This document shows positions 28,513-38,266 of a stretch of DNA of 64,000 nt, in pieces (positions within the stretch are counted from its first letter, which is position 1; each line of letters begins with the position of its first letter). A program made the position numbers and the translations under genes. The stretch covers positions 1-64,000 of the forward strand of contig CAZUDQ010000007.1 of NCBI GenBank assembly GCA_964619365.1, read 5' to 3'. Source of the DNA: an uncultured archaeon (GTDB taxonomy: Archaea > Altiarchaeota > Altiarchaeia > JAFGQM01). The notes below the pieces were generated by a model. That model saw only the letters and a program-made list of their open reading frames with translations, was not told where the DNA came from and did not search any database.

Positions 28513-29544
28513 ATGCCTATACCCAGAGTTCATATCTCGGCAAAGAGATTTAACGTAAGGCCAGAGTTCAATCGAGCCTTTGCCACAAGGGAGATAAAAC
28601 CTGGAGAACGAGTTCCTGTCGGCAAAAGAAAAACTAAGGGCGGCATACATCTGCCGTTTTCAGACAGAGCCGAAGAATATGGTCATTTGCCAGGACAAAG
28701 GATGCTTTTACCTGTGGAAAAAGGCAGAACCTATGTGGGAATTGATCCAAAGGTGGGCACGTTTAGAAATTATGGAAAAGAATTTAGATATACCCAAAAT
28801 TCAGATAATGCATCTTCGCGTGTTTATCATAACGGAAGAGGGCTTTTAGGGGGTGAGGACATCGCAGTTTCTCACGGCGACCTCCTTGAATTGCGTGATA
28901 AGGAAGGCGGCCCTCTGGTTCAAATGCATGCTGACCTCAAAGAGGAAGGACCCATAGTCACATTTTCAGGATATAAGATTACGCCTGGGGAAGAGATTCA
29001 TGTAAAGGCGCATGATAGTAATTATTTTATTGACAAACATGGCGTATTGCACAGGGGTTTTAAAAAATTCGGCGAGATAAGTCATATTGTAAATGTGAGT
29101 CCTGAAGAAAAAAGTCAATTAGTCCAGTTTAAAAGACCTGAAGAGATAACTGGAAAGGAAATTAATGAGAAATTCGGGGTTACGGATATGTTTACGCCCA
29201 TTATATTTCTAAACCCAAAAGATCCAGAATATAACTTAGGGTGGGAAGAATGGAAAAAGTCCATTTGGGAGCTCAGACATAAGGTTTCGCCATACTTTAT
29301 GCCAAGAACTATGCTGTCTGCTGAATTCAATGAACTGGCATTAGGGCGGCTTGCGCGCATTACGGTGCCCAAGGGTTCGACAAACGATTTTGTCCTTATA
29401 CGCAAAAAGGGGGAAGACGGATTTCAACGATTTTATCGTATAGGTGCTACACCCCCACCCAAGATTGGCAACATAAAGTTGCCGGATATGCCTGAGGCAA
29501 AACTACCTGACTCAAGCAATGTACGTTTACTCGGGGAAAAATAA
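28513..29544 (+). CDS. Degenerate FHA-like domain protein with C-terminal extension (paralog of upstream gene)
   Basis: Shares GIHLPFS, GTF, RY.Q.S.N.SS, NG and HG blocks with 28041-28511. Confidence 0.6.
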   Translation: MPIPRVHISAKRFNVRPEFNRAFATREIKPGERVPVGKRKTKGGIHLPFSDRAEEYGHLPGQRMLLPVEKGRTYVGIDPKVGTFRNYGKEFRYTQNSDNASSRVYHNGRGLLGGEDIAVSHGDLLELRDKEGGPLVQMHADLKEEGPIVTFSGYKITPGEEIHVKAHDSNYFIDKHGVLHRGFKKFGEISHIVNVSPEEKSQLVQFKRPEEITGKEINEKFGVTDMFTPIIFLNPKDPEYNLGWEEWKKSIWELRHKVSPYFMPRTMLSAEFNELALGRLARITVPKGSTNDFVLIRKKGEDGFQRFYRIGATPPPKIGNIKLPDMPEAKLPDSSNVRLLGEK

Positions 29545-29628
29545 TACTGGACGGATTAACTCCCCTTCTCTTTTTTAGGAAAGGGCCACTAAATTAAATA
29601 ACCTTTTAAACGATGACAACAAAATAAA

Positions 29629-29805
29629 ATGACAGTAACAGTAGATAAGGAAAGGTGTGTGGGCTGTGGTGCCTGCGTAAGCATTTGTCCTGCCGGCGTC
29701 TTTGAGATAGTCGATGGCAAGGCCGAAGTAAAGAATCCAGACGCTTGTGTTATGTGCAAGAACTGCGAGAACTCCTGCCCTGCGGGCGCTATCAAAGTCG
29801 AGTAA
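29629..29805 (+). CDS. 2[4Fe-4S] ferredoxin (58 aa, absent from ORF track)
   Basis: MTVTVDKERCVGCGACVSICPAGVFEIVDGKAEVKNPDACVMCKNCENSCPAGAIKVE; two CxxCxxCxxxCP motifs. Confidence 0.95.
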   Translation: MTVTVDKERCVGCGACVSICPAGVFEIVDGKAEVKNPDACVMCKNCENSCPAGAIKVE

Positions 29806-29828
29806 AGCGTCTTTTTATTATTTTTAAA

Positions 29829-30206
29829 ATGGACGAAGAAACTTCTAAAGTAGCTGTGGTAGAAACAGTTAGGGATGATTCAAAAGAGAAATCAGAAAGG
29901 AATTCAAAACCCGACTGGAAGAAGAAACGCCGCCAAATGGATGACAACGTCATTTATGTCGGTAAAAAGCCTGTCATGAACTATGTAATGGCAGCAATAA
30001 CACAGCTTAATAAGGGTGAAAAGGAAGTCCATGTAAAGGCAAGAGGTCGAAGCATCAGTAAGGCTGTTGATGTGGTGCAACTCCTAAAGAACCGCTTTGA
30101 ATGTGGTGCAGAGATATCGGGAATAGACATTGACACCGAACAAGTTGAAGCTGACGAGGGTGGCAAGATAAACGTTTCGACAATAGATATTTCGATAAAG
30201 AAATAA
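29829..30206 (+). CDS. albA: DNA/RNA-binding protein Alba with N-terminal extension
   Basis: NVIYVGKKPVMNYV...VKARGRSISKAVDV...VSTIDI. Confidence 0.93.
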   Translation: MDEETSKVAVVETVRDDSKEKSERNSKPDWKKKRRQMDDNVIYVGKKPVMNYVMAAITQLNKGEKEVHVKARGRSISKAVDVVQLLKNRFECGAEISGIDIDTEQVEADEGGKINVSTIDISIKK

Positions 30207-30227
30207 TCTTTTCTTTTTTAAGAGGCA

Positions 30228-30695
30228 ATGCCTTTTCCAATATGTGAAAGTTGTGCTAAGGACTGCGTCCTTTGCGCATCCTGTGAAGAAAAAGTACGAA
30301 AGGGAGAGGTTTCAGCCCTTGAAGTTCTTCTATCCCAGATTCTTGCCAAACACAAGGCAAAAGGATTTGGCGAAGTGCGGGATTTTGAAACTCGCCTTGT
30401 GATATTTGCAAGTGAAGAAGATGCTCCGGCAATAATCGGGAGAGGGGGTTATGTCGCAAAAGAACTCTCGGACAAACTAGGGAAAAGAATTATTGTAATC
30501 GTTCCTGGTTGGGATTTAAAGACTACGGTGAGTTCTATTGTACGTCCCGCAAATCTTATTGAGATGAAAATAGAGCCTAGCTGGGAAGGTGAATCTATTT
30601 TAAGGTTTATACTCGATAAACATATAGACGAACGGACAAGAAACTTCATATCAGAACTTTGCGGGGGGGCAGAGATTGATATCTTACAAAAGTAA
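30228..30695 (+). CDS. Archaeal NusA-like KH-domain protein with N-terminal Cys cluster
   Basis: PICESCAKDCVLCASC followed by IIGRGG KH motif and LGKRI. Confidence 0.8.
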   Translation: MPFPICESCAKDCVLCASCEEKVRKGEVSALEVLLSQILAKHKAKGFGEVRDFETRLVIFASEEDAPAIIGRGGYVAKELSDKLGKRIIVIVPGWDLKTTVSSIVRPANLIEMKIEPSWEGESILRFILDKHIDERTRNFISELCGGAEIDILQK

Positions 30696-30764
30696 AAATA
30701 CAAAATAATATTTGCCAGTTGCCTGATAACACCCGGCAGACGCCATAACAAAAATCAAACTAAA

Positions 30765-32534
30765 ATGAAGCGCAGCCACAATTGCGGAGACCTTAGGGAA
30801 TCAGATACCGGGAAGAAAGCATTACTCCAAGGGTGGGTCAATACAAGACGTGACCACGGGGGTGTGATATTCATCGATTTAAGGGATAGGTACGGCCTTA
30901 CACAGGTATGTTTTGACCCAAAAACATCAGAAACCGCACATAAGCTCGCCGAAGACCTCGGCCGCGAATATGTTATTGAAGTTGCAGGCACGGTTGCAAA
31001 GAGGCCGGGTGGGATGGAGAACCCAAAACTTGCAACAGGAAAAATTGAGCTTGACGCGAGTGAACTTAAGATACTAAATGAGGCAAAAACCCCTCCTTTT
31101 GAGCTTGACGACCGTACCGATGTAAATGAGGATTTGAGGCTCAAATACCGTTATATTGACCTTAGGCGCGAGCGCATGCAAAAAAACTTGATTCTAAGGC
31201 ACGTTGTGACAAAGGCGGCGCGCGATTACCTAAGTGATAACGACTTCCTTGAAATCGAAACGCCGATACTTGGCAAGTCAACGCCAGAAGGCGCACGCGA
31301 CTATCTTGTGCCAAGCAGGGTTCATCCCGGAAAATTCTATGCGCTGCCGCAATCTCCTCAGCTTTTCAAACAGCTTCTTATGGTGTCTGGCTTTGACAGG
31401 TACGTCCAGTTTGCAAAGTGCTTCAGAGATGAAGATTTACGCGCAGACCGCCAGCCTGAATTTACTCAGATAGACCTTGAGATGAGCTTTGTTGAGGTTG
31501 AAGATATCCTTGAGTTAATGGAAGGAATGATTACCCGTATCTGGAAAGACGCAAAAGGCGTTGACTTAAAGACTCCATTCCCACGTATGAAGTACGCTGA
31601 GGCTATGGCGCGCTTTGGTTCAGACAAACCTGATTTGCGCTTTGGAATGGAACTTATCGATGTTGAAGACGCCATTAAAGGCTGTGACTTCGGAGTTTTT
31701 AATAAAGCCATTGAACTGGGTGGTTGTATTCGCTGTATAAACGCCAAAGGATGCGCAAGCTTTTCAAGAAAGGACATTGACGGACTGACGAAGTTTGTTG
31801 CGATATATGGAGCAAAAGGCCTTGCCTGGATAAAAGTCTCAGAAGAAGGCAATCTCGAGTCATCAATAGTAAAATTCCTTAATGAAGATAATCAGAAGAA
31901 ACTAGTAGAAGTAACTGGCGCAGAAAAAGGAGACCTGCTTCTCTTTGTCGCCGATAAGCATAAGACTGTGCATGACTCTTTAGGAGCGCTCAGATGCGAG
32001 CTTGCGCGCCGCCTTAATCTCCTGGATTCTGAGGAGTATAAGTTTGTTTGGGTTATTGACTTCCCGCTTTTTGACTGGGACGAAGATGCAGAACGCCATG
32101 TGGCAGTGCACCACCCGTTTACAGCGCCATATGAAGAAGATTTAAAGTTCCTTGAGTCTGACCCCGGGAAAGTGTGTTCAAAGGCCTATGACCTTGCCTT
32201 AAACGGAGTAGAACTCGGTGGGGGAAGCATAAGAATACATCAGAGGGATATTCAGGAAAAGATGTTTAAGGCTCTTGGGATTAGCGTAGAAGAAGCTCAG
32301 GAGAAATTCGGGTTTTTAATGAATGCTTTTACTTATGGGGCGCCACCTCACGGAGGAATCGCCTTTGGGCTTGATAGAGTAGTTGCAATACTTGCGGGTG
32401 AAGAGTCAATAAGAGAAGTCATGGCATTCCCGAAGAACAAAGCCGCCCAAAGCTTAATGGAAGAAGCTCCGGATGCAGTTTCAAACAAGCAGCTTGACGA
32501 GCTTAAAATAACCATTAAGGAAAAGAAATCCTGA
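30765..32534 (+). CDS. aspS: Aspartate--tRNA ligase, bacterial type (probably non-discriminating)
   Basis: RSHNCG start, RRDHGGVIFIDLRD, PEGARDYLVPSR, FRDEDLRADRQPEFTQ, GAD insertion, PPHGGIAFGLDR; 589 aa. Confidence 0.96.
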   Translation: MKRSHNCGDLRESDTGKKALLQGWVNTRRDHGGVIFIDLRDRYGLTQVCFDPKTSETAHKLAEDLGREYVIEVAGTVAKRPGGMENPKLATGKIELDASELKILNEAKTPPFELDDRTDVNEDLRLKYRYIDLRRERMQKNLILRHVVTKAARDYLSDNDFLEIETPILGKSTPEGARDYLVPSRVHPGKFYALPQSPQLFKQLLMVSGFDRYVQFAKCFRDEDLRADRQPEFTQIDLEMSFVEVEDILELMEGMITRIWKDAKGVDLKTPFPRMKYAEAMARFGSDKPDLRFGMELIDVEDAIKGCDFGVFNKAIELGGCIRCINAKGCASFSRKDIDGLTKFVAIYGAKGLAWIKVSEEGNLESSIVKFLNEDNQKKLVEVTGAEKGDLLLFVADKHKTVHDSLGALRCELARRLNLLDSEEYKFVWVIDFPLFDWDEDAERHVAVHHPFTAPYEEDLKFLESDPGKVCSKAYDLALNGVELGGGSIRIHQRDIQEKMFKALGISVEEAQEKFGFLMNAFTYGAPPHGGIAFGLDRVVAILAGEESIREVMAFPKNKAAQSLMEEAPDAVSNKQLDELKITIKEKKS

Positions 32535-32540
32535 GTTTTT

Positions 32541-33491
32541 ATGGATGTGTCTAACGCCCTTGGCAAGTGGGGGATTTCCGGTGAACTCTGTGAAAAAATA
32601 GAGATTCATGGGAGTCCTGAACGAAGCGAGTGGCGTAGTGTTGTTAAGAGTGACTCTTCTGAAAAATTCCTTCTTGAAGAAATCTGGCCCTTCCAGATAT
32701 CCACAAGAAAAAGAATTGCGCAAGCCCAGGAGGAACTTTCTTCAAACGGACTAAACGCCGTGTTTCCCTACCTCAAAAGTGAAGCTGGGGAATTTGTGGG
32801 GGAAGCAGATGGCAGATTCTGGATGCTTTCTCCGTTTATAGAGGGTCTAGAGCTCACGCGACCGGATTACATCTATGACGAATGGCGCGGCAAGCTTCTT
32901 TCAGATTGGTTAATTGCGCTTGGAAAAAAGAGTGATGAGGTTAGTTCTTTTGGAAAGGACGCAGTCTTTGACCTTAAAGCGTATTGCTTTAAGATTTACC
33001 GGGATGTCATGCTAAATGACCCCTACATCCTGCCGCAGGTTAGTCCCATTTTTAGCTACTTGCGAAAAGAGGATGGCTTTTTTGAGAATTACCACAAGTT
33101 GCCAACATCCTTTTGTCATGGCGACTTTCACGCACTAAATGTCATTTGGGGTGAAGAATCGATAAACGCGGTCATTGACTGGGAGTTTTGCGGATATAAG
33201 CCCGAACTTTACGATGTTGCAAACATGGTTGGATGCTTTGGGATAGAAAATCCGGCTGGTCTAAAAAAGGGTGCATGTCCTGCCTTTATTAAAAATCTCT
33301 GCGAGGGGGGCTTTGGAGAAAATGTGGGTTGGGAGAATTTTACCAAAACCGTTCTTGCACTTAGATTCGCCTGGCTTGCTGAGTGGCTAAGGAAAAAGGA
33401 CAAAGAGATGACCAGTCTTGAACTTGACTACATGACTCTTTTACTTGACTCAGAAAAAGAGCTTAATTCTTCTTGGGGGATTTTAGACTAA
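32541..33491 (+). CDS. APH/type II homoserine kinase-like phosphotransferase
   Basis: CHGDFHALNV and VIDWEF protein-kinase-like motifs. Confidence 0.8.
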   Translation: MDVSNALGKWGISGELCEKIEIHGSPERSEWRSVVKSDSSEKFLLEEIWPFQISTRKRIAQAQEELSSNGLNAVFPYLKSEAGEFVGEADGRFWMLSPFIEGLELTRPDYIYDEWRGKLLSDWLIALGKKSDEVSSFGKDAVFDLKAYCFKIYRDVMLNDPYILPQVSPIFSYLRKEDGFFENYHKLPTSFCHGDFHALNVIWGEESINAVIDWEFCGYKPELYDVANMVGCFGIENPAGLKKGACPAFIKNLCEGGFGENVGWENFTKTVLALRFAWLAEWLRKKDKEMTSLELDYMTLLLDSEKELNSSWGILD

Positions 33492-33942
33492 GGGCAGAAT
33501 TGACTTCGGACTCATCAAGAACGCCGTCATCAATAAGCTCTCGAACACGTTTTAGAAAATCCATTGTAAACTCTTTCATCGCGCGCCTGAACGGTTCATT
33601 TCCCTTGCTTGTATCCTTTGGGTCCTGTAAGAGAAGTACGAGCCAGTGCATTTTTTCCGGGACAAAAAGATATTTCTTCCAGCCTCGCACTTTTTCCATT
33701 CCCTCGTTAAGAACGCCTATCCTTGAAAGTTCAGATATATGCTGGATTACTGTCTTGTTAGAATATGGGAGCGCAGCTATTATATCTTGCTGGTAGACTT
33801 TTTCCTTAACGCCAAAACAGTCCTCTGAAAAAAACAGGGACAATATCTTGACATTTACTTTGGAGCCGAAAAAACCTTCAAGTAATTCGGATCTTGCCTT
33901 TGATTCTGCGGGTAAAAATACTATGCATGGAATTTCTGTCAT
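33463..33942 (-). CDS. Winged-helix transcription regulator
   Basis: FFGSKVNVKIL...YQQDII..LPYSNKTVIQHISEL..IGVL; divergent from the ECF operon. Confidence 0.75.
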   Translation of the reverse strand: MTEIPCIVFLPAESKARSELLEGFFGSKVNVKILSLFFSEDCFGVKEKVYQQDIIAALPYSNKTVIQHISELSRIGVLNEGMEKVRGWKKYLFVPEKMHWLVLLLQDPKDTSKGNEPFRRAMKEFTMDFLKRVRELIDDGVLDESEVNSALSLKSPKKN

Positions 33943-33984
33943 TTTGACTTAGATATATTTTTATACTACTAACTTAAAAAACTG

Positions 33985-34018
33985 TGTAATAAATTACATG
34001 GTATTGTAAAAAAGTACA
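33985..34018. promoter_or_regulatory. Tandem TGTA-N6-TACA operators
   Basis: TGTAATAAATTACA (33985-33998) and TGTAAAAAAGTACA (34005-34018), 20 bp apart. Confidence 0.65.
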
Positions 34019-34028
34019 TAGATAAAAA

Positions 34029-34766
34029 ATGGAAACGACAGTAAGGCGGATAGTGCCATATTCACTTAAGATAACGACAGTCGGCGTCTTTGCCGCGATA
34101 ACTCTTGTTTTGATGATTGTGCCCTTGCCCTCTATTGGCTACATAAATTTATCGGCAGTAATGGAAACGATTGGGGGAACTATAGGCTCAGTTTTGCTAT
34201 TGGGCGCTTTAGGGGTTGTTCTTGGCTCGGTCATTTGGAATTTTGTATCGCCAAATGCGCTTTTCCTGCAACTTGGTTTTTTGCCTATGGCCGCAGGCGC
34301 GCTTTCAATAGGGCTTCTCGTACAAAAGAAGTGGATACCTGTTGTCATCTTCGGGCTTATCGTCTTTGCGCTTTTCTTCCTCTCACCGGGCGGGGCAGAA
34401 GTACCCTTGTGGACGGTTTCAGACAAGCTCGTTTCAGTATTCCTTGCAATTCCTGCCGCAATTCTTGCGGGAAAAGCCTTTGGAAAGAAACTTAATATAA
34501 AATGGCTTATTGTTGCAATCTTTCTGATATCTTTTGTCGGCTTGCAGATTGATGGAATGGTCGGAAATACGCTATTTGGCTGGTATGGGTATTCAGCAGT
34601 TGGTATGAGCGCTTCGGATGTTGCCCCTATGTTTACTGTCGGGTTTTATGTATCCATAATAGAACGAATTGTAGTCGCATTGGTCTCAACCGGAATAACC
34701 GTTCCGATTGTTATTGCAATGGATAAAAACCCTAAAACCAGGTGGATGATACAACGAAACGAGTAA
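34029..34766 (+). CDS. ECF transporter substrate-binding (S) component
   Basis: Very hydrophobic, GVFAAI start motif, first gene of an S-A-T operon. Confidence 0.75.
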   Translation: METTVRRIVPYSLKITTVGVFAAITLVLMIVPLPSIGYINLSAVMETIGGTIGSVLLLGALGVVLGSVIWNFVSPNALFLQLGFLPMAAGALSIGLLVQKKWIPVVIFGLIVFALFFLSPGGAEVPLWTVSDKLVSVFLAIPAAILAGKAFGKKLNIKWLIVAIFLISFVGLQIDGMVGNTLFGWYGYSAVGMSASDVAPMFTVGFYVSIIERIVVALVSTGITVPIVIAMDKNPKTRWMIQRNE

Positions 34767-36235
34767 GTTCAAAAACACTCGTAGGAAGGGACATTCCTGA
34801 AAAGTTAATAGATGTAAGGGAACTTTCTTTTGCTTTTGACGGGGCAAGAGAAAAGGCCCTAAAAAAAGTCTCAACCTCAGTTTTTACGGGAGATTTTGTA
34901 TCAATCCTTGGAGCAAACGGCTCAGGGAAAACAACACTTGCAATGGCAATGTGCGGACTTATTCCAAACTTCTTTTTCGGCTCATTTGAGGGCGATGTCC
35001 TTGTGAAAGGAAAATCCACTCTGGGACTAAAAGTCGGCGAGATAACAAGGGATGTTGGCATACTCCTTCAGGATTATAATTCGCAGATATTTTTTCCGAC
35101 ACCAATGGAGGAAATGGAGTTTGTCCTTGATAATATGGGCCTACCGCAAAAAAGGGCAAAAGAAACGGCTTTGCGGCTTGGGATAAGCCATCTTTTCAAA
35201 AAGCCGTTTGCAACGATGAGTGAGGGCGAAAAACAAAAATGCGTGATAGCCTCTATTCTATGCGTCGGACCAAAAGCACTCATCCTTGATGAGCCTGCAA
35301 GCCAGCTTGATCCAAAAGAAAGGTGCGATTTGCGGGAATTATTAAAAAAACTTCATGGGGAAGGGACAACAATAGTACTTGTGACTCATGACACAGAGCT
35401 TGCCGCACTTGGCAATCGATTCATGTTTCTCTGGAAAGGAAAACTTCAGAAAGAAACCAGGGAAAGAAACTTTTTGAGCTCAGAATCTTGCGCGAAGCTT
35501 GGAGTCGAACCGCTTAATGACACGCCGGTTATAAAAAAGAAAGTAAAGCCGAAGAATCTGGGAACTGTTGCAATATTTGACGGCGTTTCTTTTAGTTTTG
35601 ACGAAGCTAAGAAGGGGAAGGCTAAAGGGGAAAAGATTCTTGATGATGTGGATTTGGAGCTTAATTTGGGTGAATGCACACTGTTGCTTGGTGCAAACGG
35701 CTCAGGAAAAACCACGCTTGCAAAGCACTTAATAAAGCTTCTTGGCACACAAGAAGGCAAGCTTGAAGTATTGGGCAGGGACGTAAGTACATACAGCCAA
35801 AGGGAAATAGCAAGAAATGTCGCATACCTCTTTCAGAATCCAGAAAGACAACTTTTCAAATCCACCGTTAGAGAGGAAATAGAATTCTCACTTTCGCTTG
35901 TAGACGAAGAGCTCTCAGAAAGGGCTATTGAAAAGGTTCTATTGTTACTTGGTATAAAGGCGCTGATAAACCGTAACCCACAGGCTCTTTCCGGCGGTGA
36001 AAAACAACGTGTGGCACTTGGCGCAGCCCTTGCGACAAAACCAAAACTTGCAATACTTGATGAGCCTATGGCCTATCTTGATTATCCAGGCAGGCTTGAA
36101 CTTCTTGATTACCTTTTTGCATTAAAGGAAAGCGGGGTATCCTTATTGATAATAACCCACCATCCTGAATGGTACAAGAGTCTTGTACAAAAGACTATTG
36201 TAATGGAAAGGGGCAAAGCGAAAATAAGGAAATGA
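34742..36235 (+). CDS. ECF transporter fused duplicated ATPase (A-A')
   Basis: Two GANGSGKTT Walker A, MSEGEKQ/LSGGEKQ signatures, LDEP, FQNPERQLF; exact start uncertain. Confidence 0.92.
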   Translation: MDDTTKRVSSKTLVGRDIPEKLIDVRELSFAFDGAREKALKKVSTSVFTGDFVSILGANGSGKTTLAMAMCGLIPNFFFGSFEGDVLVKGKSTLGLKVGEITRDVGILLQDYNSQIFFPTPMEEMEFVLDNMGLPQKRAKETALRLGISHLFKKPFATMSEGEKQKCVIASILCVGPKALILDEPASQLDPKERCDLRELLKKLHGEGTTIVLVTHDTELAALGNRFMFLWKGKLQKETRERNFLSSESCAKLGVEPLNDTPVIKKKVKPKNLGTVAIFDGVSFSFDEAKKGKAKGEKILDDVDLELNLGECTLLLGANGSGKTTLAKHLIKLLGTQEGKLEVLGRDVSTYSQREIARNVAYLFQNPERQLFKSTVREEIEFSLSLVDEELSERAIEKVLLLLGIKALINRNPQALSGGEKQRVALGAALATKPKLAILDEPMAYLDYPGRLELLDYLFALKESGVSLLIITHHPEWYKSLVQKTIVMERGKAKIRK

Positions 36236-36930
36236 AAGGCATATTCGAATTTGAGGGGGGGGAAGGAATCCTTTTTGATATGGGCCCTGGCACAAAACTT
36301 GTGCTACTACTGATAGTCTGGGCCTTTGCCTTAATCTTTGGATTCTTCGCCCAAGTTGCAGTCTTTTTTGCAATAATAATACTTGCTGCGCAGTCAGGTG
36401 TCCTTGGAAAATTTACTCACGAAACCAAATGGTTTTGGATAATGACAGTTCCCATGATACTGGTGATTCAAGTTCTTTTTACAGGAGGACAGGTTAATTC
36501 CATGGACCCCGGGATAATCTCTTTTGCACCGAATTTTTCGATGAATGCACTTGTGGCAGGACTTACTTCAGCACTCAGGCTTTTTTGCCTGTTTGGAAGC
36601 TCAGTACTTTTTTCCATGACGACAAATCCTCTCGCATTTGCAAAAAGGCTTGGGGAAGTAAAGGTATTTGGACGGGGATTGCCTCAGGGACTAATATTTC
36701 TTTTTATTTTCATAAACCGCGCAAGTGCGCTAGTCTTTGCGGATATTGAAGGCATAAGGGAAGCGCAAAAAGCGCGCGGGCTTGACCTTGGAGAAGAGTC
36801 CGTTCTTGGCAAGATAAAGGGTTATGTCGCACTCTTAATCCCACTTCTGACAATATCCTTTGAACGGGCAGAAAAACAAGCAGTCGCTCTTGAGATAAAG
36901 GGCTTTGGACTAAAAGACGTGCCCGAATAA
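36232..36930 (+). CDS. ecfT: ECF transporter transmembrane T component
   Basis: EAQKARG and ALEIKGF motifs; ATGA overlap with the ATPase stop. Confidence 0.9.
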   Translation: MKGIFEFEGGEGILFDMGPGTKLVLLLIVWAFALIFGFFAQVAVFFAIIILAAQSGVLGKFTHETKWFWIMTVPMILVIQVLFTGGQVNSMDPGIISFAPNFSMNALVAGLTSALRLFCLFGSSVLFSMTTNPLAFAKRLGEVKVFGRGLPQGLIFLFIFINRASALVFADIEGIREAQKARGLDLGEESVLGKIKGYVALLIPLLTISFERAEKQAVALEIKGFGLKDVPE

Positions 36931-37026
36931 ACTTTTTACCTGCAAAATTTGCTTAAGTATTTATAGAAGCTACTGTAAGAATTAACGCGAACTTCGCGTT
37001 TTAAAAATAATCAACTAAGTAATAAA

Positions 37027-37356
37027 ATGGCAGCCAAAAAGAAGACAACAAAAAAGTCAAGTAAGACCAAGACAAAATGTCTTGAAGAGCAGATTGCAGC
37101 AGAGTACGAAGTCGAGCCCCTTGAGCTTGAAGACGTCGTTGAGCACAACAATTTCATGGTAAGTGTTTTAACAGAAGTACTCCTTGACCGCGGTCTTGTA
37201 ACAGAAGTCGAACTTAAGAACAAGATGATTGAACTCCTTGAACCTATCGCACTTCTAGAAGAAGAGATGCTTGCGGCTGAAAAGAAAGCCAAGAAAAAGA
37301 AGCCTGCAAAGAAAAAGGCTCCTGCAAAGAAGAAAGCTGCAAAGAAAAAGAAATAA
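37027..37356 (+). CDS. Small protein with acidic core and histone-H1-like Lys/Ala/Pro tails
   Basis: N-terminal KKKTTKKSSKTK; C-terminal KKKPAKKKAPAKKKAAKKKK. Confidence 0.75.
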   Translation: MAAKKKTTKKSSKTKTKCLEEQIAAEYEVEPLELEDVVEHNNFMVSVLTEVLLDRGLVTEVELKNKMIELLEPIALLEEEMLAAEKKAKKKKPAKKKAPAKKKAAKKKK

Positions 37357-37400
37357 GGGGCATCCCCTCATTTCATTCTTTTTTTTCTTGTTTTTTATTT
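37356..37400 (+). terminator. Hairpin plus T-tract terminator
   Basis: AGGGG-CAT-CCCCT followed by a long T-rich tract. Confidence 0.55.
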
Positions 37401-37474
37401 CTTTAAAAAATTATTTCTTAGTACTTGTCTTTTATCCGACGCTCTTCTATTTTTGCACTTAAATTTTAGGAGAC

Positions 37475-38230
37475 ATGATGTACAAAGTAATACTCCTTAG
37501 GCATGGGGAAAGTACTTGGAACAAAGAAAATCTTTTTACTGGATGGACTGATGTTGACCTTTCTGAAAAAGGTGTCAGTGAGGCAAAAGAAGCAGGGCGC
37601 CTCTTAAAAGAAGAGGGCTACACTTTTGATTATGCATTTACTTCAACCTTAAAGCGCGCAATAAGGACTCTTTGGCTCACAATGGACGAGATGGACCTCA
37701 TGTGGGTCCCGACAATCCGCGCCTGGCAGATAAACGAGCGGCATTATGGTGCGCTTCAAGGTAAGAACAAAAGCCAGGTAAAAGAGGAGTTTGGTGACGA
37801 GCAGTTTATGAAGTGGCGGCGCAGTTATGATATTCGCCCGCCGGCTCTGGAAAAGAGTGATGAACGCTGGCCCGGACACGAAGCTATGTATGCAACACTC
37901 CCGGAATCCACGCTCCCATTAACGGAATGCTTAAAGGATGTTGTGTCTCGCACGATTCCTTACTGGGAAGGCGAAATCGCACCTAAGATAAAGGAGGGAA
38001 AACAAGTGATAATCGCCGCGCACGGAAATTCTCTTCGCGCCCTTGTCAAATATCTTGACGGAGTCTCAGACGATGAGATAACGCACCTTAACATTCCAAC
38101 GGGTGTTCCACTGATTTATGAGCTTGACGACGAGCTTAATGCAGTCAACCACTATTACCTCGGAGATCAGGAAGCACTCAAGGCCAAAATAGAAGTGATA
38201 AAAAACCAGGCCAATCAAAAAAAGGAGTAA
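37475..38230 (+). CDS. gpmA: 2,3-bisphosphoglycerate-dependent phosphoglycerate mutase
   Basis: [35 protein letters not shown]. Confidence 0.97.
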   Translation: MMYKVILLRHGESTWNKENLFTGWTDVDLSEKGVSEAKEAGRLLKEEGYTFDYAFTSTLKRAIRTLWLTMDEMDLMWVPTIRAWQINERHYGALQGKNKSQVKEEFGDEQFMKWRRSYDIRPPALEKSDERWPGHEAMYATLPESTLPLTECLKDVVSRTIPYWEGEIAPKIKEGKQVIIAAHGNSLRALVKYLDGVSDDEITHLNIPTGVPLIYELDDELNAVNHYYLGDQEALKAKIEVIKNQANQKKE

Positions 38231-38266
38231 AGCTTTAAAGCTTTTCACTTTCTAATTAATCCTGCA

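Noticed and set aside
29589-29795. 68-aa minus-strand ORF and upstream extension of the Alba ORF
   Set aside because: They are shadows of the ferredoxin gene on the + strand.
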